A stretch of 64,000 nucleotides of DNA from a bacterium (GTDB taxonomy: Bacteria; Cyanobacteriota; Vampirovibrionia; Gastranaerophilales; UBA9971): contig JBAWVS010000002.1 in NCBI GenBank assembly GCA_037147175.1, positions 15,104-79,103 on the forward strand, in the 5' to 3' direction. A program made the position numbers and the translations under genes. Positions 8,512 through 18,542 of this stretch are shown one piece after another; position 1 is the stretch's first letter; the number at the start of each line of letters is the position of its first letter. Under the pieces are notes generated by a model. It had not been told where the DNA came from. It did no database searches and was given only the letters and a program-made list of their open reading frames with translations.

Positions 8512-11178
8512 CTATGCTGTAACTAGAGATTTTGACCCTTTAGCTTCGATTACTGCTTGAGCAGCAGCTAATCTTGCTACAGGAACTCTAAAAGGTGAAC
8601 AGCTTACATAATTTAAGCCGATTCTATGACAGAATTTAACGCTTTCAGAATCTCCGCCATGCTCACCGCAAATACCAAGTTTAATGTTTGGTCTAACGGA
8701 TTTACCTTTTTCGATAGCAGTTTTCATAAGCTGACCGACACCTTCTTGATCCAATGTTTCAAAAGGATTTGAAGGAAGGATTTTGTTTTCAACATAATCG
8801 TTAAGGAATTTAGCTTCAGCATCATCACGGCTGTAACCGAAAGTCATCTGAGTTAAATCGTTTGTACCGAAGCTGAAGAATTCAGCATATTCAGCAACCT
8901 GATCAGCAGTTAAAGCTGCTCTAGGAATTTCAATCATGGTTCCGAATTGATAATCGATTTCGGTTCCTTTTTCAGCCATAACTTCTTTTGCTACTCTTTC
9001 AAGTACGTTTCTGGCTTCTTTAAGTTCGTTTACGTGACCGATTAAAGGAATCATAACTTCAGGTTTAACTTCAAGACCTTCTGCTTTAAGATCGCAAGCA
9101 GCTTCAAAAATAGCTCTAACTTGCATTTCGTTAATTTCAGGGAATTTAAGGCCTAATCTACATCCTCTTAAGCCCATCATAGGATTTGATTCGCTTAATT
9201 CTTCTACTTTGTGTAAAAGAGATTCTTTAGCTGAATAATCTTGTTTAAGAGCTTTTAATGTAGCAACTTCAGCGATAAGTTCGTCTTTATTAGGTAAGAA
9301 CTCATGAAGAGGAGGATCAAGAAGACGGATTGTCATCGGTAATCCTTTAAGAGCTTTGAACATATCTTTAAAATCTTGATACTGCATAGGAAGAAGTTTA
9401 GCAAGAGCTTCTTTTCTTGCTTCTACTGTTCCTGCAACGATCATTTGCTGAACAACAGGAAGTCTGTCTTGAGCCATAAACATATGCTCTGTTCTGCAAA
9501 GACCTACGCCTTTAGCACCGAGTTCAACAGCTTTTTCTACATCTTCAGGGGTATCAGCGTTAGCTCTTACTACAAGAGTTTTAACTTCGTCAGCCCAGCT
9601 GAATAATTTTTCGAATTTATCATCCATTTTAGGTTCAACTGTAGCGAGTGAACCTTCAAAGATTTCGCCTTCGCCGCCATCCATAGAGATAACGTCATTT
9701 TTTCTATAAACTGTTCCGTCAGGAGTTGTAAGTGTTTCATTTTTAAGATCGATTTTTAATGCTTCACAACCTGCAACGCAAGGTTTGCCCATTCCTTTTG
9801 CAACAACCGCTGCGTGGGAAGTCATACCGCCTCTGAGTGTTAATACACCCTGAGCTGCGATCATACCGTGAATATCATCAGGACATGTTTCAATTCTGAC
9901 AAGAATTACTTTTTCGCCCGCAGTTCCTCTTTCAGCAGCTTCATCTGTATTAAAGATGATTTTACCTACAGCAGCACCGGGGGAAGCAGCTAAACCTGTT
10001 CCGATAAGTTTGCCTGATTTTTTAGCTTTCGGATCAAAGCTAGGAAGCATTAATTGATATAATTGAGTAGGATCAACAAGCTGAAGAGCTCTTTCTTTTG
10101 TGATGATTCCTTCTTCACACATTTCAACTGCGATTCTTACTGAAGCAGCAGATGTTCTTTTTCCGCTTCTTGTTTGAAGGATATATAATTTACCTTTTTC
10201 GATGGTAAATTCCATATCCTGAATATCTTTGTAGTGTTTTTCAAGTTTTTGAGCAATATCAATGTACTCTTTATAAAGAGCAGGCATTTCAATAGCGAGT
10301 TCAGAAATTTGTTTTGGGGTTCTGATACCTGCAACAACGTCTTCGCCTTGAGCGTTGGTTAAATATTCGCCATAAAAAGCGTTTTCTCCGGTAGAAGGGT
10401 TTCTTGTGAAGGAAACGCCTGTAGCGGAATCAGTTCCCATGTTTCCGAATACCATTGTTTGAACGTTTACAGCTGTTCCGTAGTTGTGATCAATTTTGTA
10501 GTGGTTTCTGTAAGCAACTGCTCTAGGAATATTCCAGCTGCTGAATACAGCTTCGATAGCCGCTTGGAGTTGTGTATATGGATCTTGAGGAAAATCTTTT
10601 CCTGTTTCTTCTTTAATTATAGCTTTGTAAGCAGGAATCAAGGATTTTAAACCGTCAATGCTAACTTCTGTATCAAGTTTAACGCCTTCTTTTGCTTTTA
10701 CCTGATCAAGAACGTGTTCGAATTTTTCTCTTTCAATATCAAGAACAACGCTTCCGAACATGGTTAAGAATCTTCTGTAGCTGTCAAAAGCGAATCTTTC
10801 GTTGTTTGTAAGAGCAATTACACCTTGAATTGTTTCATCATTAAGTCCGAGGTTCAAGATGGTTTCCATCATGCCGGGCATGCTTAATCTTGCTCCTGAT
10901 CTTACAGAAACGAGTAAAGGATTGCTTGCATCACCGAATTTTTTACCGGCTTGCTGTTCAACAACAGAAAGCGCTGTTTTAACTGAATCCATTAATCCTG
11001 CTGGCATTTCATTTCCGTTGTTAATATATTCCATGCAGGTTTCTGTTGTAATAGTAAGTCCCGGAGGAACAGGAAGTCCTGCATTTGTCATTTCAGCAAG
11101 GTTTGCACCTTTTCCGCCAAGAAGGTTTTTCATTTCTGTATTACCTTCTTTGAACAAATAAACTCTTTTTGTTGTCAT
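8512..11178 (-). CDS. ppdK: pyruvate, phosphate dikinase
   Basis: Phosphohistidine motif RGGMTSHAAVVAKGMG, C-terminal PEP-utilising TIM-barrel motifs (GICGEHGGD), about 888 aa. Start set at ATG 11178 (MTTKRVYLF) with SD AAGGTG, not the upstream TTG of the ORF track. Confidence 0.95.
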   Translation of the reverse strand: MTTKRVYLFKEGNTEMKNLLGGKGANLAEMTNAGLPVPPGLTITTETCMEYINNGNEMPAGLMDSVKTALSVVEQQAGKKFGDASNPLLVSVRSGARLSMPGMMETILNLGLNDETIQGVIALTNNERFAFDSYRRFLTMFGSVVLDIEREKFEHVLDQVKAKEGVKLDTEVSIDGLKSLIPAYKAIIKEETGKDFPQDPYTQLQAAIEAVFSSWNIPRAVAYRNHYKIDHNYGTAVNVQTMVFGNMGTDSATGVSFTRNPSTGENAFYGEYLTNAQGEDVVAGIRTPKQISELAIEMPALYKEYIDIAQKLEKHYKDIQDMEFTIEKGKLYILQTRSGKRTSAASVRIAVEMCEEGIITKERALQLVDPTQLYQLMLPSFDPKAKKSGKLIGTGLAASPGAAVGKIIFNTDEAAERGTAGEKVILVRIETCPDDIHGMIAAQGVLTLRGGMTSHAAVVAKGMGKPCVAGCEALKIDLKNETLTTPDGTVYRKNDVISMDGGEGEIFEGSLATVEPKMDDKFEKLFSWADEVKTLVVRANADTPEDVEKAVELGAKGVGLCRTEHMFMAQDRLPVVQQMIVAGTVEARKEALAKLLPMQYQDFKDMFKALKGLPMTIRLLDPPLHEFLPNKDELIAEVATLKALKQDYSAKESLLHKVEELSESNPMMGLRGCRLGLKFPEINEMQVRAIFEAACDLKAEGLEVKPEVMIPLIGHVNELKEARNVLERVAKEVMAEKGTEIDYQFGTMIEIPRAALTADQVAEYAEFFSFGTNDLTQMTFGYSRDDAEAKFLNDYVENKILPSNPFETLDQEGVGQLMKTAIEKGKSVRPNIKLGICGEHGGDSESVKFCHRIGLNYVSCSPFRVPVARLAAAQAVIEAKGSKSLVTA

Positions 11179-11359
11179 AAAATTCACCTTTCTTATGTAA
11201 TTCACTGACTGTATCAACAATAAATGTATGAAATAATATACCCTTTTAGTTTAATTTTGTTATAACACAAAGTATTTTCAGTAACAATAAAGTTTTAATT
11301 AATGATTTCAACGCCTCCAACGAAATTAATCATCTTTCTTTCCGCGTTCAGGCTCTTGC

Positions 11360-12037
11360 TCAGCAATGCCTGAATTTTAATAACTCCTGTATTTTTTCTT
11401 CAGGCAATTCCGACCTCTTGCCCAGTAAGCCTGAATACAAATAAACCCTCGAGTAAAATTCAAGGGTTTCCAGTTTATAAAAAGTTTCTTTCAAATTACG
11501 ACCGCACACTGTAACGCCATGATTTGCCATTAAGACAGCATCATTTTTTTCAAAATACTTTGCGACTGCTTTTGCAAGTTTTATAGTAGAAGGTGTTTCA
11601 TATTCAACTACAGGTATGCTGCTTCCAAATGTTACAACAGGCTCTGCAAGAATTGCCTGCAAATTCTTTTCTCCGGAAACTGCTAATGCCGTAGAAAAAG
11701 GCGGGTGGGCATGTATAACAGCATTTATCTCGGGTCTGATTTTATAAATTTCTACATGCATCATACTTTCTGAAGATGGTTTTATATTATTATTTTCAAC
11801 AATACTTCCTTCTTCATCGAGTAAAACAACTTCTGTCTCGTTCATTTCTCCAAGACAAGTGCTGGTCGCAGTTATATAGATTTGACCATTTCGAGTGGAT
11901 AAATTCTGTTCTTCAGGCTCAATTTTCACTTTGCAGCGACAACTTATATTCCCTGATATTCCGGAGGTAAGACCGCTTTTATACAGTCTTTGACCAATCT
12001 CAAGAATATTATTTTTTATATCTTTTTTATCAAACAA
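11360..12037 (-). CDS. class II aldolase/adducin-family protein (fuculose-phosphate aldolase / MtnB-like)
   Basis: GLTSGISGNIS near the N-terminus, metal-binding His cluster VIHAHPP, and MANHGVTVCG, all typical of the class II aldolase family. TTG start. Confidence 0.7.
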   Translation of the reverse strand: MFDKKDIKNNILEIGQRLYKSGLTSGISGNISCRCKVKIEPEEQNLSTRNGQIYITATSTCLGEMNETEVVLLDEEGSIVENNNIKPSSESMMHVEIYKIRPEINAVIHAHPPFSTALAVSGEKNLQAILAEPVVTFGSSIPVVEYETPSTIKLAKAVAKYFEKNDAVLMANHGVTVCGRNLKETFYKLETLEFYSRVYLYSGLLGKRSELPEEKIQELLKFRHC

Positions 12038-12090
12038 GACTAAATTTCTCTGCTGTTTGTTATTACTTTTTTGTCTGTTTTTATAGCTTA

Positions 12091-12119
12091 TTTATCACAT
12101 AAACATATTTAACTTTCAA
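12091..12119 (-). promoter_or_regulatory. candidate promoter of the aldolase gene
   Basis: Minus strand: TTGAAA (12114-12119), 17-nt spacer, TGtGATAAA extended -10 (12091-12099). Confidence 0.35.
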
Positions 12120-12204
12120 GTTTTTAACTCCCGCTTCGCGCTTGAATGAGTTCAGCCTTACAAGCTGACAAAGTCGCCTTTCAGGTTTTAACTCCCGCTT
12201 TGCG
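12120..12204. repeat. two copies of a ~20-nt GC-rich direct repeat, 65 nt apart
   Basis: gtttttaactcccgcttcgcg (12120-12140) and gttttaactcccgctttgcg (12185-12204). The proximal copy abuts the putative -35. Confidence 0.8.
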
Positions 12205-12210
12205 TGCAAT

Positions 12211-12236
12211 AAAAAAGCCTGTTTTTCAAAACAGGC
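12211..12236 (-). terminator. rho-independent terminator of the 255-aa gene
   Basis: Minus strand: GCCTGTTTT..AAAACAGGC followed by T6. Confidence 0.75.
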
Positions 12237-12296
12237 ATTATACTACACACACTACATACATTTCCTTACTACTAAATTTACCTACATTATATTTTA

Positions 12297-12380
12297 TTAA
12301 GAGCCTATCCTTTAGGGACTGCGGTTAAAATCATAAACGGCTTGTTTGACAAGGCGGTTTTGATTTTAACAAGACAGCTT
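12297..12380. repeat. conserved intergenic hairpin element, copy 1
   Basis: The 65-nt core at 12316-12380 (ggactgcggttaaaatcataaacggcttgtttgacaaggcggttttgattttaacaagacagctt) matches 27331-27395 at 64 of 65 positions. The left flank ttaagagcctatc is also shared. Confidence 0.9.
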
Positions 12381-13148
12381 CTAAGTTTTTTTTGTTGTTA
12401 AAACAGGAAATCCTGTTTTAACTGTATCAGCAGCAGCCGTATCTGTTTTAGCAGTAACAGCAGTAGTTGTATCTGCCTTAGCTGTGTTCACAGAAGCTGT
12501 ATCTGCTTTAACTGAATCTGTTTTAGTTGTATCAACAGCAGTTTTATCTGTTTTAGTTGCAGCAGCTGTTCCTGTCTGATTTGCTGTTACAACTTGTCCT
12601 TGTCCCAAAGTAGCTGTACTTCCGGTAACAGCCGCATTTTGAGCAACAGTATTAATATTGTTTTTTACTGAAGTTACAACTGATCCAAGCGAATTATTTT
12701 TAGATACATTGATTTTTGAGAGTGCTTCATTGGCTCTGGCAACGGTATTGTTTATAGTAGCTAAGCCATATTGAATAGCTGATCCCATACTACTGTTAAG
12801 AGAACTTATTGCGGAATCTGATATTCCGGAAATCCCTGCAATTTCTTGAGAAGCTGAACCTGTCCATGAGACTAAAGACTGTAAATCAGCCACGTTTGAA
12901 TTAACATCAGAACATGAACCAACAACCTGATTTTGATTTTTTTGAGCAACTTGACTGCTTACATCATTACATTTTCTGGCCTGTTCTCTTATTGCCGCTT
13001 CTATTTGTGCGCTAAATATAGAAATACGTGAAGCAGTTGTATCAATATTATTAGATGAACTTGAATTTTGTTTTTTCATTGCATTTTGAGTAGCAGCATT
13101 AATTATTATAGCTTGTTTTTGAGAATCCAAAGACAAATTAAGACCCAT
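12381..13148 (-). CDS. hypothetical low-complexity protein (Ser/Asn/Thr/Ala-rich, C-terminal KTD/KADT repeats)
   Basis: 255-aa ORF with good SD (GGAGGAG). C-terminus reads TKTDKTAVDTTKTDSVKADTASVNTAKADTTTAVTAKTDTAAADTVKT. No signal peptide and no recognised family. Confidence 0.5.
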   Translation of the reverse strand: MGLNLSLDSQKQAIIINAATQNAMKKQNSSSSNNIDTTASRISIFSAQIEAAIREQARKCNDVSSQVAQKNQNQVVGSCSDVNSNVADLQSLVSWTGSASQEIAGISGISDSAISSLNSSMGSAIQYGLATINNTVARANEALSKINVSKNNSLGSVVTSVKNNINTVAQNAAVTGSTATLGQGQVVTANQTGTAAATKTDKTAVDTTKTDSVKADTASVNTAKADTTTAVTAKTDTAAADTVKTGFPVLTTKKT

Positions 13149-13541
13149 AATTATGACTCCTCCACTTAATTTAAATTAACCCCAATTCTTAACACCAAAT
13201 AAACAAATGTTCTTTTAACCTATAACCAATATAAAAAACGCAATTTAAATCAATAAATCAAAAAACTTTTATTATTCCTCCTCAGACATCTTTCATAAAA
13301 CCCTGTGTAATCCACCTTAATAATATAAAAACAAGCAGCATTTTGTTATTTCAAGAATACTCTTTTTCTTAACAATTAGTTACAAAAACAAGACAAAAAT
13401 ATTACGTCAATATGGCTGAAAACCATAGGCAGTAAATCTATTGCCAATTCAATTACCGGTTAACTCGAATTGCTAAATCGCCAAAATCGTCATTGCGAGC
13501 ATAGCGAAGCAATCTATAACTTGAAGGACTGCAATTTAATA

Positions 13542-14741
13542 TTATTTTATAAAATCAATAATTTTATTTATTATTGAAGTCCAGTCATATTCGGAATTTA
13601 CCAGATCTTTATAATTAATATCAGAATATTTATCTTTATTTACAAGAAAATATTCTATTTTTTCTGCTATATCTTTTGACAAATGACTTTTTGTAATTAA
13701 ATTCTTATCAAATTTTTCAAGAATTTCAGGAGTCGCTCCTCTGGGAGTTCCAATTACCGGCACATTATAGCTTAAAGCTTCTATTGTAACGATACCAAAC
13801 CCCTCCAGTTGCTCCGTCGGCAAAATAAAACAATCAGCAGCACTGTAATAATAATGCAATAAATCATTATCAACGAACCCTAATAAATTTATTTTATTTT
13901 GCAGGTTTAATTTTTTTATATATTTATCAAGCTTGCCGTATAATTCGCCTTTTCCTACTATTAACAATCTTGCAGAATTATTTTCTATAAGACTAAATGC
14001 TTTTATCATGTTGAATAAACCCATTCTCGGGACTAATCGCCTTACGGTAAGAAATAAAGTTTCATCAGTGTTTAATTGCAATTTTTTTCCGGCTTCCTGT
14101 TTGGATATTGGTTCTAAATTTTTTATTTTTGAAACCCCTATTGCAGAAACCAAAACCTTGTCTAAAAATTTATCCCCAAAAAATTTTGTTACTGTATTTT
14201 TTACATATTTACTCATTACAATGATGCTATCAGCATATTTAAATGAATTATATTCAAATATATAACTAAGAATAAATTTGACAGGAAAGACTGCCAGCTC
14301 TCTATAATTAATTGCCCCAAAAGACAAGTATTTTTGCATATCAAATAAAAGTTCATAAGTATGAACAGCATGAAAAGTTGAAACCAATTTAAAATTGTAT
14401 TTCTTTTTTCTTTCTCTTAAAAAATTCAAATTTAACAAATAAGCTGTGTGCGTATTAACAACATCGAAATTATTGTTATCTATTAAAGACAAAAATTTCT
14501 GCGTTAATAAATTTCTGTTTTTAACTCTTAATGGACCTATAGAACCTTCTTTGACGTAAATTCTATATATCTCAAAATTATCGAATTTTTCATATTCAGG
14601 ACAATCTGTTCTGTTTGTTGAAACCAGTAATACGACTTCATGTCCCAGTTCTATTAATCCTTTAATGAATCTTTCTATATAAATGACGTTACCACCGACC
14701 ACATCAGGAATATATTTATCAATAATTATGAGCCATTTCAT
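13542..14741 (-). CDS. glycosyltransferase family 4 (GT-B)
   Basis: C-terminal EGFGIVTIEALSYNVPVIGTPRGATPEIL (E-x7-E-type GT4 motif). N-terminal VGGNVIYIERF. Confidence 0.8.
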   Translation of the reverse strand: MKWLIIIDKYIPDVVGGNVIYIERFIKGLIELGHEVVLLVSTNRTDCPEYEKFDNFEIYRIYVKEGSIGPLRVKNRNLLTQKFLSLIDNNNFDVVNTHTAYLLNLNFLRERKKKYNFKLVSTFHAVHTYELLFDMQKYLSFGAINYRELAVFPVKFILSYIFEYNSFKYADSIIVMSKYVKNTVTKFFGDKFLDKVLVSAIGVSKIKNLEPISKQEAGKKLQLNTDETLFLTVRRLVPRMGLFNMIKAFSLIENNSARLLIVGKGELYGKLDKYIKKLNLQNKINLLGFVDNDLLHYYYSAADCFILPTEQLEGFGIVTIEALSYNVPVIGTPRGATPEILEKFDKNLITKSHLSKDIAEKIEYFLVNKDKYSDINYKDLVNSEYDWTSIINKIIDFIK

Positions 14742-14771
14742 TTTTTACTATCTCCAACATTTAACAGATTT

Positions 14772-15680
14772 TTATAAACGATTTGACTTTTTTGCTGATT
14801 CTATAGACGCTGTCTTGTTAAAATCAGCTCTTCGATAAATTAATGGGAAGAACAAACATCTTAGTATATTTTCAAAGATATGTATTAGATTAATCAAAAA
14901 TTTCTGTTTTTTCCCATAACATTTTTCAAAAAACAATAATTCACTTTGTTTGACTATTTTTATTTTATTAAGCGATTTTTCTGTGGAAGCTTCTTTAAAA
15001 TGTATAATTTGAGCCTGCGGAATAATAGCCGATTTATACCCTTTTTTATACATTCTGTAAGTTAATTCTGACTCCTCGTAATAAAGAAAAAAATCTTCAT
15101 CAAACAAGCCGGTTTCTTCAAGCACAGACTTCCTTAAAAACATATCTGCCCCTGTTATATAATCAACCTCAACGATATATTGACTTAACTCACAGCTTCC
15201 CATGTCAAATTTTTTTTTGTAATAATTTTTAAAAATTTTATGAAGAAAAAATCTTGTAAAGAATATTTGCTCAATAGTCGGGAAGTTTCCATACGAATGC
15301 TGCGGGGTTAAATCTTCGCCATACAAAGCCCCGCCGCAACAAGCTATTTTTTGATTTTCCTGTTTTTCCATAAAATCAAAAAATATTTTTATTGCGTTAT
15401 TTAATAAAACAGTGTCTGAATTGAGCAAAAATACATATTTGGCGTTTGATTCTCTTATTGCAATGTTATTTGCAGCACCGAAACCTTTATTTTCCTTATT
15501 TTTCAACAATTTAACCTGTGGAAAATCCTGTTCTATCATTTCAGAAGAACAATCATGAGAATTGTTATCAACAACACATACCTCAAAATCAACTCCCTCT
15601 GTTTTTTCAAAAATCGATTTCAGACAATTTCTTGTGAGTTCTTTTGTGTTGTAATTTACTATTATTATTGATATATCCAT
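14772..15680 (-). CDS. glycosyltransferase family 2 (GT-A)
   Basis: ISIIIVNYNTKELTRNCLKSI...VVDNNSHD...GFGAANNIA...LLNSDTV is the canonical GT2 layout. Confidence 0.85.
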   Translation of the reverse strand: MDISIIIVNYNTKELTRNCLKSIFEKTEGVDFEVCVVDNNSHDCSSEMIEQDFPQVKLLKNKENKGFGAANNIAIRESNAKYVFLLNSDTVLLNNAIKIFFDFMEKQENQKIACCGGALYGEDLTPQHSYGNFPTIEQIFFTRFFLHKIFKNYYKKKFDMGSCELSQYIVEVDYITGADMFLRKSVLEETGLFDEDFFLYYEESELTYRMYKKGYKSAIIPQAQIIHFKEASTEKSLNKIKIVKQSELLFFEKCYGKKQKFLINLIHIFENILRCLFFPLIYRRADFNKTASIESAKKSNRL

Positions 15681-15715
15681 CTGTTTTATACTCTTAAATC
15701 TTCTCTTTTTAGCTG

Positions 15716-17047
15716 TTAGTCTACATTGTAAATAATTTCACCGGTATTTATTAATGATTTTTCCGTTTTATCAAGGTTTAGCAGTAACTTTTCTGCATAA
15801 TTTTTATAAATTATATAATTTATAAATTGCGCAAATAAACCTCCAACAGCAATAGAATATATGCCCATGCTGCTTTTCAGCAAATATACAAAAACAAAAA
15901 ATGTTAATATAAACAAGGTATTTGCCATGATAGCTATTTGACTTTTTTTAGCGGTAAAAATAGTTAAAATATAAGGAGCTTCAATTAAAACAACTAAAGA
16001 CCACGGACATAAAGACAAAAAGATGTAATTGATATTTATGAGATCATTGTCAGATAATTTTCCCATAGAAATTATTTTTAACGCTGTGGGTATCGCAAAA
16101 AAAGATAAAACAATTCCAATAAACATTAAAATAATTGAACCTTTCAAGAATTTTCTCATTTCTTCTTTTATTTTTCTTACATTTTTATCAACCCAAAAAT
16201 TTGTCAGGTTCGTCTTGAGAATTTTTGAAGACGGACCAATAGTTAACAGTTTTAATGTGTCAATAATTTTTTTGGCATAATAAAAATATGATACAAAGCC
16301 GGCTGGCATGGTTACAAGCATATTATTAACAGCTATTGGCAGCAGTACATTATAAATATTATCTCCTAATCGAGTGCTGAAACTATTTTTAAAAAAAGGT
16401 TTTACCTCGGAATGATAAAAAACAAATTTAAACGGCACAATTTTTTTTGCTATAAAAATAGTTCCTGCTACAGCTGCTAAAACCCAACCGAAAACTTGCC
16501 CGTATGCAAGATAAATTATATTGTTGCAGTTCAAAAAATAAACTGTCAGCTGTGCAATAACAATAAATAAATTTGGTAAAGAAGATAAAATATAAGGAAT
16601 TGAAAACCTCATTTCTGCATTCAAAAGCCTTTCATTGAGGGCATTAACAGGCATAAAAACCAAACCTGACAATAATATCGGAAATATGTTTTTTAAGGAC
16701 TCAAGCCGCTGCGGATCTATATTGAAAACAAAAACCTTAAAAACAAAATTTCCAAGTAAATACAAAATTACTATGGAGACTATCCCGATAACACAAGATA
16801 AAAACAAATTGGCGTTATAAAAATCATTTGATTTATCAACAGCTGTCTTTTTTAAGTCCGTATAAAAAACCATAAATTGCTCAAAAAATACCAGCTGAAG
16901 AAGTTGGATTGTCATCACAATTGAAGTTGCTAATAAATAAGCATCAACCTGTTTTGATATCCCGAAAACTTTTATTAAAAGCAATGCATTTACGGCATTT
17001 AAGAGTATTTGAATTAAGATCAAAAAATTATATTTAATATTAAACAT
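15716..17047 (-). CDS. MOP-superfamily polysaccharide/lipid-linked oligosaccharide flippase (MurJ/Wzx-like)
   Basis: 443 aa and polytopic (about 12 predicted hydrophobic helices). The N-terminus FGISKQVDAYLLATSIV...EQFMVFY resembles the MurJ/MviN start. Confidence 0.6.
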   Translation of the reverse strand: MFNIKYNFLILIQILLNAVNALLLIKVFGISKQVDAYLLATSIVMTIQLLQLVFFEQFMVFYTDLKKTAVDKSNDFYNANLFLSCVIGIVSIVILYLLGNFVFKVFVFNIDPQRLESLKNIFPILLSGLVFMPVNALNERLLNAEMRFSIPYILSSLPNLFIVIAQLTVYFLNCNNIIYLAYGQVFGWVLAAVAGTIFIAKKIVPFKFVFYHSEVKPFFKNSFSTRLGDNIYNVLLPIAVNNMLVTMPAGFVSYFYYAKKIIDTLKLLTIGPSSKILKTNLTNFWVDKNVRKIKEEMRKFLKGSIILMFIGIVLSFFAIPTALKIISMGKLSDNDLININYIFLSLCPWSLVVLIEAPYILTIFTAKKSQIAIMANTLFILTFFVFVYLLKSSMGIYSIAVGGLFAQFINYIIYKNYAEKLLLNLDKTEKSLINTGEIIYNVD

Positions 17048-18422
17048 TGAGTTTTCTCTTTTTTATTGCTTCATTCAGAAAATTTTCTTTTGCCAAAACC
17101 ATTCCGAATAGTATATACATCATTATTTTCATATAAGTATTATAGTAAAAAAACCCTCCGATACTGCTCGTAAAAATAGTTATAAGAAATAAGAAAACCG
17201 ACATATTTAATTTTCTATAATAGCCTTTATATTTTTTAAAATTTTCAAAAAACTTTTTACACATAAAAATAAAAAAGGAAAACAAAATAACTGCACCAAT
17301 TATCCCCATTTCTTCAACCGCCAGCAAATAATAATTATGCGCAAACATATATCCATGTTCCTGCGCAAAAATATTTGGAGGTAGCAATGGATCAATAAGT
17401 ACCCAGTATGAATTTAATCCCGCACCAATCCATAAATATTTAATATTATTTGTAAATGCAGCTATCGGATAACTCCAAATGAAAAATCTGTCAGATACAG
17501 TTGTTTCGACTGTTTTAACAAATGATGTATTTGCCACTATAACCGAAACAATTGAGGTTATAGTGGCAAATACAGCTACTTTGCCTAAAGCTTCCTTTCT
17601 ATCCTTACTGTTATAATAATAATAAATTAATCCGCATACAAAAAGAGCTAATATGCTTTCTTTTGAATATCCCATATAAATTGCAACCAACAATATTGCC
17701 GGAATTATATTTCTTTTTTTTGTATTAATGAACTTCAAAAAAGGAAGAATCAAAAGTAATATATCTACTAAAAATTCCGGCAGCATTCCATTTCCTCCAA
17801 AAGTTCCCCATGCATGCCAAACAATTTTAGGACCTATTCCCAAATAACCCAAATATCCTCTTTCCGATTGAAATGTTGCGCCAAATTCACCAGTAGTAGA
17901 TTGTAATATACCTATTAGTGATTGAAATAATGCTGTAAAAAGAAAAGCCTTAATAATTTTAGACCAGGAAGTTTGTTTTGTTCTTATCAGGTAAACAGTA
18001 ATATAAAAAACAAATATAGCTTCAAGAAATTTAAACGAAGTCAGTATGCCTGTGTTGGAAAGAGAGGTAATTCCGGTAATGAAATATAATATTAAAAGAA
18101 CTATATTCCATTTATCTATACTTGTTTTCAAACTCACCCGCCGGTCATTAATTAATAAATTTAACCCTACAGAGAGTATGCAAATTAAAATTAAAATATC
18201 ATTTGCCGAAAAACTAATCGGCAGAACTCTTAATCTATCTGGAAAAGTAATTGTGAAAATTACTAAATAATAGCAATATTGAGGCTTAACAAGAAGAAAA
18301 ACAAGGACGAGGGCGCCCAAAAAAGAAAGCAATAGGTAATGGACAGGAAAAAACAAAATTAACGATCCGAAAACAAATGCTATAAGAATAAATATTTTAT
18401 CCAGCTTATTAAATTTATTCAT
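17040..18422 (-). CDS. O-antigen ligase/polymerase-like (Wzy_C family) membrane protein
   Basis: 460 aa and polytopic, with a large loop containing HAWGTFGGNG / HNYYLLAVEEMGIIG typical of O-antigen ligase-like proteins. Overlaps the flippase gene by 8 nt. Confidence 0.65.
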   Translation of the reverse strand: MNKFNKLDKIFILIAFVFGSLILFFPVHYLLLSFLGALVLVFLLVKPQYCYYLVIFTITFPDRLRVLPISFSANDILILICILSVGLNLLINDRRVSLKTSIDKWNIVLLILYFITGITSLSNTGILTSFKFLEAIFVFYITVYLIRTKQTSWSKIIKAFLFTALFQSLIGILQSTTGEFGATFQSERGYLGYLGIGPKIVWHAWGTFGGNGMLPEFLVDILLLILPFLKFINTKKRNIIPAILLVAIYMGYSKESILALFVCGLIYYYYNSKDRKEALGKVAVFATITSIVSVIVANTSFVKTVETTVSDRFFIWSYPIAAFTNNIKYLWIGAGLNSYWVLIDPLLPPNIFAQEHGYMFAHNYYLLAVEEMGIIGAVILFSFFIFMCKKFFENFKKYKGYYRKLNMSVFLFLITIFTSSIGGFFYYNTYMKIMMYILFGMVLAKENFLNEAIKKRKLNV

Positions 18423-18542
18423 AAATTATTATGTACTTATTTAATTTTTTGCTTAAGTTATACAAAAATTAAAAACTGTTTTTCAGCTTAAAACTATTAT
18501 CGATGCATAAAATAAGTTTGTCAAAATAATTTTCTATGAAGC

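Noticed and set aside
12120-12204. A mini-CRISPR array: two GTTTTAAC...-type repeats with a ~37-nt spacer and a ~65-nt period.
   Set aside because: There are only two copies, the outer parts of the repeats diverge, and the window contains no cas genes and no leader-like region. The position on a promoter fits operator sites better. This is still worth a genome-wide search.
13488-13514. The GC-rich motif cgtcattgcgagcatagcgaagcaatc, reminiscent of a short repeat seen in many bacterial genomes, plus a nearby aaggactgca that partly matches the hairpin element.
   Set aside because: There is a single occurrence in the window with only a 5-bp stem. The match to the 65-nt element is limited to about 9 nt.
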